IMG/VR virus record: IMGVR_UViG_3300042402_003952
Direction: 5' to 3' (one strand)
DNA: 64,000 nt
From: a virus
Lineage: Duplodnaviria > Caudoviricetes
How positions within the stretch are numbered: the first letter of the stretch is position 1; each line of letters starts with the position of its first letter. Below the pieces are notes generated by a model. It saw only the letters and a list, made by a program, of their open reading frames with translations. It made no database searches and was not told the DNA's origin. The translations under genes and the position numbers were made by a program. Shown here piece after piece: positions 58,001-64,000 of the stretch.

Positions 58001-58575
58001 AAATTGAAGATGTTACTTATGAAGGTGATTTTGGAATTATAGTTGGCATAAAAACTACCACTGTTGGTGTTGCATCCACTGGAATTGTATTTGATTTATT
58101 TGTTCCAACAGATTCTTACTTAAGAAATACTAACATTAATGTTGGAATTGCAACGACTGGTATTAGTGGTATTAAGACAGATTATTACTTTACAGTTTTC
58201 AATTCTAATATTGGATTTGGTATTACTTCTCTAGATTCCAACTCATCAATTGTTGGCGTTGGTACAACTTGTTTAGATAATGTTTATAAGGTTGCATCAG
58301 TTTCTATAGCATCTACAAGCGTTCCTGGAGTCGGCGTAACTAACGTTTCAAGAGTTGTGGTTAGTGTCTTGAATTATAATGGATTGACTGGAACTGGATT
58401 TAGTAATTTCTATGGTGAATTTAGTTGGGGCAGAATAAGTGTTCCTACAAGAAAGAATCCTACAATCTTTACAGCATATACTCGAAATGGCATATCTGGT
58501 CTTTCTACATCACCAATTGTTCAAAGATTAAATCCATTGAGATACGTTGGATATTCAACTACATTACAACAATAA
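46081..58575 (+). CDS. gp7: giant baseplate wedge initiator / structural protein (gp7-like), 4164 aa
   Basis: position between gp6 and gp8; QLPDFV.EEYP...FLK.YY, FY.SKGT..SYK.LF..LFG; repeated GxGY beta modules. Confidence 0.8.
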   Translation: MADTRIKIGSIVQNQLPDFVLEEYPLVSEFLKEYYNSVEGQGSTLDILQNIDQYLKVDELYKSTFARTITVKPQSPQTFFQISGGYSVNDLIVLKNGTKLLKDTDYFATDGSSVILVTPAVPGDVLEFVVESPSSTILTSDVEFVDTTINVASTYGFPDTNGIIQIDSEIILYSSKTSTSFKDCTRGFSGITSYRASNQPDQLVFSTSEIAEHTSKTTVANLSSLFLKEFLTKIKSQLVPGFENRTLAEGLDERNFIKNAKSFYSSKGTDDSYKLLFKALFGQEVSVIKPRDYLLKPSDAQYRVVRDLVVESISGDPMDLENRTLYQDQVGGYNKAYGSVTKVEKIQRSGRTFYVLSLDYDYNKDLTVSGSIYGNFSIHPSTKVIAGVSTSSTVIDADSTIGFPSNGQLDFNVNGIDYTISYFNKNTTQFYITSSPSISIPTGTDLKLNQYAYANVGVSTVKVRITGVLSEVDYDSRNTLMKKGDSLSAVSLGYNPKGILANNWIFNLATKYNVKTISGPNSSNLITNVFTYEVSTYDPHSFSLGDNLRLINPNGDKDNYKVVSVNNEYSIVVEGVKINNLTLKYVIERILKKPKFTNYTDVNSYSANIQNVYLNNEDEIYVTSNSLPNYLDEDVNTKNTNVIFSGIFNGETLDLSSGNPTNLHGFITGDAIVYSRNAFNPDEYLNISEKTYFVKRVDNTTIKIASSKTDLYKNKFVTVSGTAKNNIFKRLKFNISPLSQQGYIKKISKPVSADVVSETPTGPVGIFVNGVEAYSYKSTDKVFYGGIQSINVIGGGENYDVINTPTVLVEDSVGYGASAFAHVVGKLEKIDVIDGGFDYLEDPIITITGGNGYGAYAKPNMTSFRHSVSFNSIQSSGFVNLTTNTIGFSSYHKFRDYERVTYLTEGQTGVGGLSTNAQYHVSVQDAYNVRLHKTLDDAVSGINTVDLTSYGVGIHLIESTLSKRKISNVSVLNLGSGYTNKKISCAISGIHTSSNTIKIIDHGYKTGEIVVYNSTGSAVGGLSNNQSYYITAVNKDEFKLSQVGIATTNKDFYFKTKQFINLTSVGSSYHTFNYPNIVVSVSGKIGVSTLTGQDFSAKLQPSFKGEISNIFIKDSGVGYGSSEIINYERQPKITLGIGSGAQLSPVLNGGRITEVIVLNSGNNYTSAPKIEVLGIGTGAVLTPIVNSGKIVEVKVVNGGVGFNTTGTFLNIVPSGNGFSHEVKIKSWTINTVERYLNDEQIVDDDGVVEVSSYTVSGSQYCHLYAPRKLRRSVFGIDYVNGNKVYVPDLKLVNNREVVSTTHSPIIGWAYDGNPIYGPYGYSEKTGGSVRELTSGYISLPSSDRPDPISTTGQRIYPEGFFVEDYQYNASGDLDEHNGRFCVTPEYPNGTYAYFTTINNGLTETAGVFRNYKKPVFPYIVGNTFKSTPIDVNYDRNINQNNFNYTESGIWRNTKPYNLKSNNSGYDFVFDPLKVRKPVVTVRSTSVGQLSNVGVVTGGSGYKVGDTINFNNTNSGGFNAYGQVSFVKGKEIKSISFASTYTQGVEFYPYNNGNKLVGFSSLPHSFISNDIVSISGLSTSVKIFNSFFVVGVNTHTLVLSKAVGNSTSTGIVTYFDINGSLDFSYIRENDVYKVENEKVKVLSVDELSSRIKVLRGYDSTVGVSHTASTVLYEQTRKFTIGFRNNNSNFNFNFNRELYFNPTESLSLGTTSGVGIGSTLYFSNPGAGITNIFVPTKTIYLQSHSLNTGDELIYSSNGGSPFFVSDDGASSFQLLDNQVIYVAKVSDDLIGISTNKVGLGSTGSFVGINSSILTSTVYFTNVGSGVNHSFKTNYSNVLTGEVLRNTVTVAAASTHGLERGDSIFIDSLPGITTNVVIKYNDENKRLLVNPRSFTASAVNLSDNKIYIENHEYTTGQKVVYNATTSIGGLENDKIYYIVRYNKDYIRLSSSYYNATKEVPEIIDFTSTSEGSISLVNPSIPIIPNQTINFDLSDRSLSFTKNANLYSAFDFVIYSNSNFTKVFDKIEGSSNFSVIKTGKIGIDSTSSVKLTTSGVETDLYYRLVPVDLFNNSTVKKEIIIDDENVDSNNTLKLTRSSYSGFHNVVGVGQTTFTFNIIDYPEKTSYTSSDGLFEYFTDSKTAIGAISEIDLLSGGKNYQSLPGITSVFSEIGRDAILNPNTSSIGNINRIDIDDIGFDYPSDITLSPSSKLPQVLKVKPLSTFDNIGVSSVGINYTLSPNLVVIDSVTNKVVTDVDLKFNIKTKEVDIIKNTDGINNATPRIVPINNSNGVSIDNVTFNNSTKDVTIELGVNYSFGQTFPFNVGDRVLVENVSVGIATTAKGYNSKNYDYALFTLTSVSPQYGGSGASITYNLSNYLSGSEIPGTFNAENSAGIVVPEKYFPVFNPVLKPGAFIVGEKVTSESYSGTVLEWNSDTEQIKVSSSDSFDQGKFIRGETSNAKGTIGDVQDFNAVYLIGPSAVVNKGWNKETGFLNNALQVTSDNNYYQYFSYSIKSKVDYETWNESIGNLNHTVGFKKFGDLEIESIDASFTGISTAQNEGSFIGISDLIQEIDLNCVNDFDLAREKTIKISDNYISNEIILNTVSLQDEFQSLGNRVLMIDDFSDQFSNVPAENNYANADTFRLSDIRSKKYVTYVRDKRFTGLRQVYLVSLLHDGLEGYLSQYARVETNRDLGSFDFSIFGSEGTLRFYPLNFLVNDYDISVMSYGITDIISGIGSTSLGNIVELKSSTATIPSGTSSQTTIVGIGSTYRASKVLVELSSTNGEYYEFNELTLIHDGNNVSILEYGQLSNESRVRYVGDGIGSYTAYISGSNINLDFTPNVGLGTTYIANTVRVSVASTIGTNTGSLTFNTGQVQSSYVSISSSPTPTQNKISTYSLDHSGAYYFVVVEDKTNNTYQASEITVVDDDTDAYLAEFGIVESSSGLGTMGVGVGATGTSLYFTPNPNINVDVRVYQHAMRVVDVDNSFEFYSLENARIDSKFTGYQGTYNSIKKSFNLYHQQNPIFQRVFNASDSTIVDITKDTIRIPKHYFVTGEELAYSEGDGSPIGIATTTITGIGTTDKLPSSVFVVKVNDLNIKLASSAQNALKTVPEVFSLTSVGIGTTHKLTSLKQNAKSLISIDNLIQTPIVSTSTTTFLSRSSSLNENTITLSGITSIFGGDLLKVDNEIIKVNTVGFGSTNVLLVDRGWMGTDPANHLNGSLITKITGNYNIIDNTIHFVEAPYGNSPIGTITNKPDSRDYTGITTRSTFSGRVFLRSGLENGTLDSYDKNYIFDGLSEQFTGIQTQFKLTSNKSDVSGISTGSIILLINNIFQEPQRLGTISIQGDYKMSDGAGITTLAFTGSISSTSYDVNTASIPRGGVIVSVASSQGFGYQPLVSAGGTSIVSVGGTISSISVGNIGSGYRGQSKYEIITQTSTSISAGSTIIPINNSNGVIQKLSLSSSNTINIGSTFIDVPIVGVGISHVLIGSGNTSSQGITADSTVLISLNSPTIGFVDVGVKTASIGNVNYEFIGFATISSGHVSNNVTITNPGSGYTSSNPPVVVFDSPLSYSNIPLIYAPGYSGIGTAATVNIVVGQASSITDFEIKNLGYAYKVSEVLTVPTGGLTGIPTDPSKPFRNFELSIDQVFSDAFSAWSVGDLQVIDKIENLFNGTRRTFPIKINGTQTSIRARVGSNIDVQATLLVFINDVLQVPGSGYIFKGGSIITFTEAPKEGDSCKIIFYKGTESVDVLFADILETIKIGDDVRLNSDNVLLKEDDRLVTEIVASDTIQTNSYPGPGLTLDEDLSRPLIWCRQTEDKIINGKEIGKDRELYEPLIQPLSNIISNVGIGSTEIFVQSVKIFFDDSRENATIPFKTKILVTSQDTIVGASATAIVSAAGTVSSISLSNSGSGFTTTPSVTISNPIGFGTSVGIGSTALAISSITSGIVTSFTITNPGFGYTSSKPPQVLIEYPALNYEKIEDVTYEGDFGIIVGIKTTTVGVASTGIVFDLFVPTDSYLRNTNINVGIATTGISGIKTDYYFTVFNSNIGFGITSLDSNSSIVGVGTTCLDNVYKVASVSIASTSVPGVGVTNVSRVVVSVLNYNGLTGTGFSNFYGEFSWGRISVPTRKNPTIFTAYTRNGISGLSTSPIVQRLNPLRYVGYSTTLQQ

Positions 58576-58576
58576 C

Positions 58577-58584
58577 TATAAATA
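58577..58584 (+). promoter_or_regulatory. late promoter TATAAATA
   Basis: exact motif upstream of gp8. Confidence 0.8.
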
Positions 58585-58600
58585 GATAAAAAACGGTAAA

Positions 58601-60157
58601 ATGTCTGCAATTATAACTGATCAACTTAGAGTATTAAACGCAAAGAATTTTGTCGCAGCAGCTACTTCAACCACAAGTAGCTATTATACCTTTGTAGGTC
58701 TTCCAAATGCATCAAATTACGATGCAAATTGGGATTCTGTTCCTCCAGCACCAAAAGATTCTTTTGATGAACAGAATGATTACTGGGATACAATGATTGC
58801 ATTGAAGAAAATTTTGAGTAGTGATGTTCGTCAAGTGGTTAGAAAAGTCACTTGGACAACAGGAACAATTTATGATATGTATAGGCATGATATTAATAGA
58901 ACTAAAGTATCAGTACCATCAAATTCCACAAATTTATATTCAGCAAACTACTATGTAGTTAATAGTGATTATAGAGTTTATATTTGTCTTTATAATGGTG
59001 TTGATCCAGAAAATCCTAGCGGAAAACCATCTCTAGATGAGCCAACTTTTACTGATTTAGAACCAAGATCAGCGGGAGACAGCGAAGACGGTTATATATG
59101 GAAATATTTGTTTACCATTAAACCAAGTGAACTGGTAAAATTTGATTCTACTAATTTTATTCCTGTTCCTTCTGATTGGGAAACAAATTCAGATTATTCT
59201 GCAGTTAGAAATAATGCGCTAACAAGTGGTCAAATTAAAATTGTAACAGTAACTAATAGAGGCGTAGGTTTAGGAACTGCAAGTAGAACTTATACCAGAG
59301 TTCCTATTTACGGCGATGGCGCTGGAGCTGAGTGTACTATTACAGTCAATGCCGACTCAAAAGTAGGATCTGTAATAGTCACAAATGGTGGTTCTGGATA
59401 TACTTATGGAACAATTGATTTAGTTTCTGGAACTGTTCCAACTGGATCATCTAGTCCAGTTTTTGATGTTATTATTCCACCACAAAACGGACATGGATAT
59501 GACATTTATAGAGAGTTGGGTGCGTACAGAGTTTTAGTTTATTCAAGGATTGAAAATGATAATGAAAATCCAGACTTTATAACAGGAAATCAAATAGCAA
59601 GAGTTGGAATAGTACAAAATCCTTTGTCTTATAATTCAGACTCGGTTTTAAATGAGAGTAAAGCTAGTTCACTATCTGCCTTAAAATTAGTAGGAACTGG
59701 ATATAGCACCGCAAATTTTATTGCTGACAGTTTAATATCTCAAACTATTGGTGTAGGATCTACTGCAGTTGGTAGAGTAGTTTCTTATGATAAGAATACT
59801 GGAGTATTAAAGTATTGGCAAGATAGAACTTTGGTTGGATTTAATAGTGATGGATCTAAAAATCCAGATACGTTGTATGGATTTAAATTGCATAGATTTA
59901 CAGCATTTCCAGAAACAGGTGGATCATTGACAATTACAGCATCTGGAGTTAGTGGTCTTGGTATTGATACATCATTTACAGGTGTCTCTACCACAATAAA
60001 TAATAGAAAGTATTACCTTGGGCAAACATTTTTTAATGGAACCTCAAATCCAGAGGTTGAGAAGTATTCCGGTAATATAATTTATGTTGATAATAGACCT
60101 TCCATAACTAGGTCGTCTAATCAAAAAGAAGATATCAAAGTCATTTTGCAATTCTAA
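58601..60157 (+). CDS. gp8: baseplate wedge subunit gp8
   Basis: MSAIITDQLR, W..MIALKKI, YDMYR, DGYIWKYLFTI, SGNIIYVDNR. Confidence 0.92.
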   Translation: MSAIITDQLRVLNAKNFVAAATSTTSSYYTFVGLPNASNYDANWDSVPPAPKDSFDEQNDYWDTMIALKKILSSDVRQVVRKVTWTTGTIYDMYRHDINRTKVSVPSNSTNLYSANYYVVNSDYRVYICLYNGVDPENPSGKPSLDEPTFTDLEPRSAGDSEDGYIWKYLFTIKPSELVKFDSTNFIPVPSDWETNSDYSAVRNNALTSGQIKIVTVTNRGVGLGTASRTYTRVPIYGDGAGAECTITVNADSKVGSVIVTNGGSGYTYGTIDLVSGTVPTGSSSPVFDVIIPPQNGHGYDIYRELGAYRVLVYSRIENDNENPDFITGNQIARVGIVQNPLSYNSDSVLNESKASSLSALKLVGTGYSTANFIADSLISQTIGVGSTAVGRVVSYDKNTGVLKYWQDRTLVGFNSDGSKNPDTLYGFKLHRFTAFPETGGSLTITASGVSGLGIDTSFTGVSTTINNRKYYLGQTFFNGTSNPEVEKYSGNIIYVDNRPSITRSSNQKEDIKVILQF

Positions 60158-60163
60158 AGAATT

Positions 60164-63100
60164 ATGCCACAGCAAACTAACCTAAACGTATTTCCATATT
60201 TTGATGACTTTGATCGAGAAAATCAATACTATAGAGTTCTTTTTAAGCCAGGTTATCCAGTACAGGCTAGAGAACTAACAACATTACAATCAACTCTCCA
60301 AAGTCAAATAGAACAACTTGGAGATCACTTTTTTAAGGAAGGATCGGTTGTAATTCCTGGAAATATTAACTATGTTGATAATTATTATGCAGTAGAACTC
60401 CAAGAAAATTATCTTGGATCGGCAGTTTTAGATTATTTGCCATACTTGATTGGAGCAAGAATTAGAGGATCTAGTAGTGGTGTTAGAGCTCAGGTAGTTG
60501 GAATTTTAGATTTAACTAATTCGGAAAGAGGAAATAATACACTATATGTAAATTTTTTAGGATCAGATACTGCTACTAATAGTTTACAAGGTTTTGCTGC
60601 GGATGAAATTTTAATCGTAGAAGACGGAATATTTGAAACAAGTACCATAAATGAAGATAATTCAGTAATTATTCAACCCGGAGATGGATTTGCACTGACT
60701 ATAGGTGGAAATCCAAATTCAATTGCCTCTTCTGCTCACATATCTAATGGTGTTTATTATTTAAGAGGACATTTTGTAGATGTTGAAGAACAATCAATTC
60801 TTCTAGATCAATATGGAAATAAACCAAGTTATAAAGTTGGTTTAGAAGTTACAGAAACTATCGTAAATTCCGATTTTGATATTGATATTAATGACAATGC
60901 TCAGGGATTTTCAAATTATGCGGCACCAGGTGCTGACAGATTGCAGATTCAGGCAATACTTACAAAAATACCATTAGATAATACATCTTCAGAATTAACT
61001 TCTAATTTTGTACAACTTTTAGAAGTTAGAAATGGAATTTTACAACAACAGATTACCAATCCCGATTATAATATTTTTGAGAAGGAGCTAGCAAGAAGAA
61101 CATATGACGAATCTGGAAATTATTATGTAAAACCACCAACTCTTGTTGTTAATGAAACTCTAGATGATCTAAAAGGAAATAATGGTGTGTTTAGAGATGG
61201 ACAATTAACATACAATAATAATAAAGCATCTGATGAGTTAGGAACTTATGTTATATCTCCATTAAAGGCATTTGTAAGCGGATATGAAATAGATGTAGTA
61301 GGAACAACATATCTTGATTTTGAAAAACCAAGAACTACAAAATTACTAGAAGATCAAAGCGTAAATTATGTTACAGGACCAACTTATACTCTCAACAGAG
61401 TATATGGATCACCATCACTTGGAATTTCAACTTCATATGCATTAAGTTTAAGAGATCGTAGAGTAGGGTCAAACCAGACTAGTGCTGCAGGAAAAGAAAT
61501 AGGACTAGCAAGAGTATATGATTTTGCACTGGAGTCTGGATCTTATAACACTTCCACTCCAAATGCTAATGAGTGGGATATTGCTTTATATGATATTCAA
61601 ACTTATACTGAAATTTCTTTAAATGAACCAATCACACTTACTACACCAACTTATATTAAAGGAAAATCTAGTGGGGCAACTGGTTTCCTAAGATATAATG
61701 CTTCTAATTCAGGTATTATAACAGCATATAATACGAAAGGATCATTTTTAGTTGGTGAAAGATTTATATTTGATGGTATAGAAAATACAAGAGTTTCCAC
61801 TGCTCTCACTGCATATTCTACAAATGAAGTAAGATCTTTGTATGGAATAGTGGGAAGTGGATCAACATTTACTGCAGATATTAAGCAATCTGTACTAGCA
61901 AATGTTGGACAAGTAAAAATAACTGCTACTGGCGGTGGAATTAGCACTGTAACCTCCTCTGACTTTATCTTCACAGGAATTGCAACTGTTGGAGGAACTG
62001 TTGCATTTTCAAATCCAGGTCTATCGGTAAATACCTTTGCTAAAATAGAAACAGTTTCTCAGAGTTCTATTACAATTTCTGGTGTAACTACAGTTTCTGG
62101 TGTCTGTGATGGTGGACTACCTACATCTGACATTAACCCAAGTGATTTTAGAGTTTTATATTCTAATTTCCAGTCATCAATTGATAATACATTATATACA
62201 ACACTACCAAAGAGAAATATTGCTTCAGTGGACTTGACGGACTCATCATTAACCGTAAGAAATCAATATAATGTAACTATTACTACCAATTCTACGAATA
62301 CAGTTTCTGCAGAATCCACTGAAACTTTCTTACCATTTGATGAAGAAAGATATGTACTTATCACTAATTCTGGTGTTACTGAGAGTTTAAGTTCAGATAA
62401 ACTTGTATTTTCTAATGGCGGCAGAGAATTAACGATTAATGGATTACAAACTACTTCTGGAACAGGAAGATTAATTGCAACACTAAGAAAAACGAATATT
62501 AAGTCAAAAGTTAAGAATAAAAATAGAGTAAAGACAATTGTAGTTGATAAGTCTAAGTATGCTTATTCCGGTGTAGGTGCCACTACGAATAATGATGGAC
62601 TTACTTATGGAACTTATCCATATGGAACAAGAGTTCAGGACGAAGATATTTGTTTACTTGAACCAGATGTAACAATACTATATGGAATATATGAATCAAA
62701 TGATACATCTGAACCAGAACTTCCAAATCTAACACTTTCTTCAATTATCAGTCCAACAGGAAAAACTGATGATTTGTTAGTTGGCGAAGAATTTGTAGGA
62801 TCTACCAGTAGTGCAGTTGGTGTTTATGCAGAAAAACTAAATGCAACAAAAATATCATATGTGGTATTGAATTCTAATAGATTCCAAGTGGGTGAAATAA
62901 TTACATTTAAAGAATCAGGCATAACAGCTACTGTTACTGCGTTTGATGCTGGTGATAATAACATCACTGCAAATTATACTTTTGATAATGGTCAAAGAAA
63001 TACAATTTATGACTACTCTAGAATTACAAGAAAATCAAATTCAAAGGAACCAGTTAGAAAACTAAAGATTGCTTACGAATCTGCAAGTTTTTCAACTTCA

Positions 63101-64000
63101 GATACTGGAAATATTACCACTGCAGATTCATATAATCAATTTGATTATTGCGACATTCCAAGTGTAAATGGAATTAGAAACACAGATATTCTTGATATTA
63201 GACCAAGAGTTTCAAACTTTGCAGTAACTACATCGGCATTATCTCCATTTGAATTTAATGCTAGAAGTTTCACATCAAGTGGAAATTCTGCTTCTAATGT
63301 TTTAGCATCCGATGAATCTATACTGTTAAACTATTCTTATTACTTACCAAGAATTGATAAAATTTATTTAACAAAAGATGGCGTATTCCAACTAAACAAA
63401 GGAGAACCTGCAGATAATCCACAACCTCCAGTGGATATTGACGATGCATTAAATATTGCAACCATTACATTACCAGCATATCTCTGTAATGTTAATGATG
63501 CAAGTCTAAATCTTGCAGAACACAAGAGATATAGGATGAAGGATATTCATTCTCTTGAAAATAGAATCAAGAACTTAGAATATTATACTTCACTTTCTCT
63601 ATTAGAAACTGATACTTCAAATCTATTCATTAGAGATGTAAATGGTCTTAATAGATTTAAGTCAGGATTTTTTGTAGATGACTTCTCAACAACTTCTGCA
63701 CAGAAAAAAGTAACTATAGTAAAGAATAGTATTGATATTGAGAATTCTGAATTAAGACCTTCACATTATACCACAGAAGTTGACTTAATTATTGGATCCA
63801 ATTCATTAATCGGTTTAGGAGTTACTGCCAATCCACAAGCAGATCTTAGATACGTAACAGATCTTAATGGAACTAATATTGCAAAAAGCAAAGAGTTAGT
63901 AACTTTGAATTATGTTGAAGTTGAGGAAATAGTTCAACCATACGCAACTAGAATTGAAAGCGTATCTCCATTTAGAGTAGGATATTATGGAGGAACTATT
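60164..64000 (+). CDS. VrlC/DUF4815-like virion structural protein, 3'-truncated (absent from ORF track)
   Basis: MPQQTNLNVFPYFDDFD....YYRVLFKPGYPVQARELTTLQS; APGADRL and GFFVDDF seen downstream; continuity only spot-checked. Confidence 0.85.
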   Translation, partial: MPQQTNLNVFPYFDDFDRENQYYRVLFKPGYPVQARELTTLQSTLQSQIEQLGDHFFKEGSVVIPGNINYVDNYYAVELQENYLGSAVLDYLPYLIGARIRGSSSGVRAQVVGILDLTNSERGNNTLYVNFLGSDTATNSLQGFAADEILIVEDGIFETSTINEDNSVIIQPGDGFALTIGGNPNSIASSAHISNGVYYLRGHFVDVEEQSILLDQYGNKPSYKVGLEVTETIVNSDFDIDINDNAQGFSNYAAPGADRLQIQAILTKIPLDNTSSELTSNFVQLLEVRNGILQQQITNPDYNIFEKELARRTYDESGNYYVKPPTLVVNETLDDLKGNNGVFRDGQLTYNNNKASDELGTYVISPLKAFVSGYEIDVVGTTYLDFEKPRTTKLLEDQSVNYVTGPTYTLNRVYGSPSLGISTSYALSLRDRRVGSNQTSAAGKEIGLARVYDFALESGSYNTSTPNANEWDIALYDIQTYTEISLNEPITLTTPTYIKGKSSGATGFLRYNASNSGIITAYNTKGSFLVGERFIFDGIENTRVSTALTAYSTNEVRSLYGIVGSGSTFTADIKQSVLANVGQVKITATGGGISTVTSSDFIFTGIATVGGTVAFSNPGLSVNTFAKIETVSQSSITISGVTTVSGVCDGGLPTSDINPSDFRVLYSNFQSSIDNTLYTTLPKRNIASVDLTDSSLTVRNQYNVTITTNSTNTVSAESTETFLPFDEERYVLITNSGVTESLSSDKLVFSNGGRELTINGLQTTSGTGRLIATLRKTNIKSKVKNKNRVKTIVVDKSKYAYSGVGATTNNDGLTYGTYPYGTRVQDEDICLLEPDVTILYGIYESNDTSEPELPNLTLSSIISPTGKTDDLLVGEEFVGSTSSAVGVYAEKLNATKISYVVLNSNRFQVGEIITFKESGITATVTAFDAGDNNITANYTFDNGQRNTIYDYSRITRKSNSKEPVRKLKIAYESASFSTSDTGNITTADSYNQFDYCDIPSVNGIRNTDILDIRPRVSNFAVTTSALSPFEFNARSFTSSGNSASNVLASDESILLNYSYYLPRIDKIYLTKDGVFQLNKGEPADNPQPPVDIDDALNIATITLPAYLCNVNDASLNLAEHKRYRMKDIHSLENRIKNLEYYTSLSLLETDTSNLFIRDVNGLNRFKSGFFVDDFSTTSAQKKVTIVKNSIDIENSELRPSHYTTEVDLIIGSNSLIGLGVTANPQADLRYVTDLNGTNIAKSKELVTLNYVEVEEIVQPYATRIESVSPFRVGYYGGTI

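Noticed and set aside
46081-58575. Intein or diversity-generating-retroelement target in the giant gene
   Set aside because: No intein splice-junction or LAGLIDADG motifs noticed, and no reverse transcriptase or template repeat in the window; inspection by eye was not exhaustive

Overview
This window is part of an AT-rich T4-like cyanomyovirus genome (Kyanoviridae-type). The assignment rests on gene order, TATAAATA late promoters and the gp25-gp6-gp7-gp8-VrlC baseplate module. Positions 1-38.5 kb are a dense + strand early/accessory region of small hypothetical genes. It is organised into cassettes by 19 copies of a conserved promoter element: a palindrome (GTGCCA/GGACA-N10-TGGCAC/TGTCC) placed 29-31 nt upstream of a -10 box. 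Embedded in this region are two GIY-YIG-type endonucleases sharing an unusual promoter/inverted-repeat/terminator leader and a late-promoter island of basic proteins with T4 internal-protein-like capsid-targeting sequences (HNH-like and GNAT-like domains). It also holds three dispersed tRNAs, a metallophosphoesterase, an SF2 helicase, and a putative restriction-modification pair next to an ArdA-like gene. Positions 38.5-41.2 kb hold an antisense NUMOD4-HNH gene and a largely non-coding stretch. That stretch carries helically phased iteron-like repeats, sigma70-type promoters on both strands and a promoter-led array of four 27-nt repeats at an exact 72-bp period, so it is a candidate origin and/or CRISPR-like mini-array. 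Positions 41.2-64 kb are conserved cyanophage genes and the baseplate module, including a 4164-aa gp7-like protein and a VrlC/DUF4815-like ORF running off the window. All protein-family calls come from motif recognition by eye; no database search was run.
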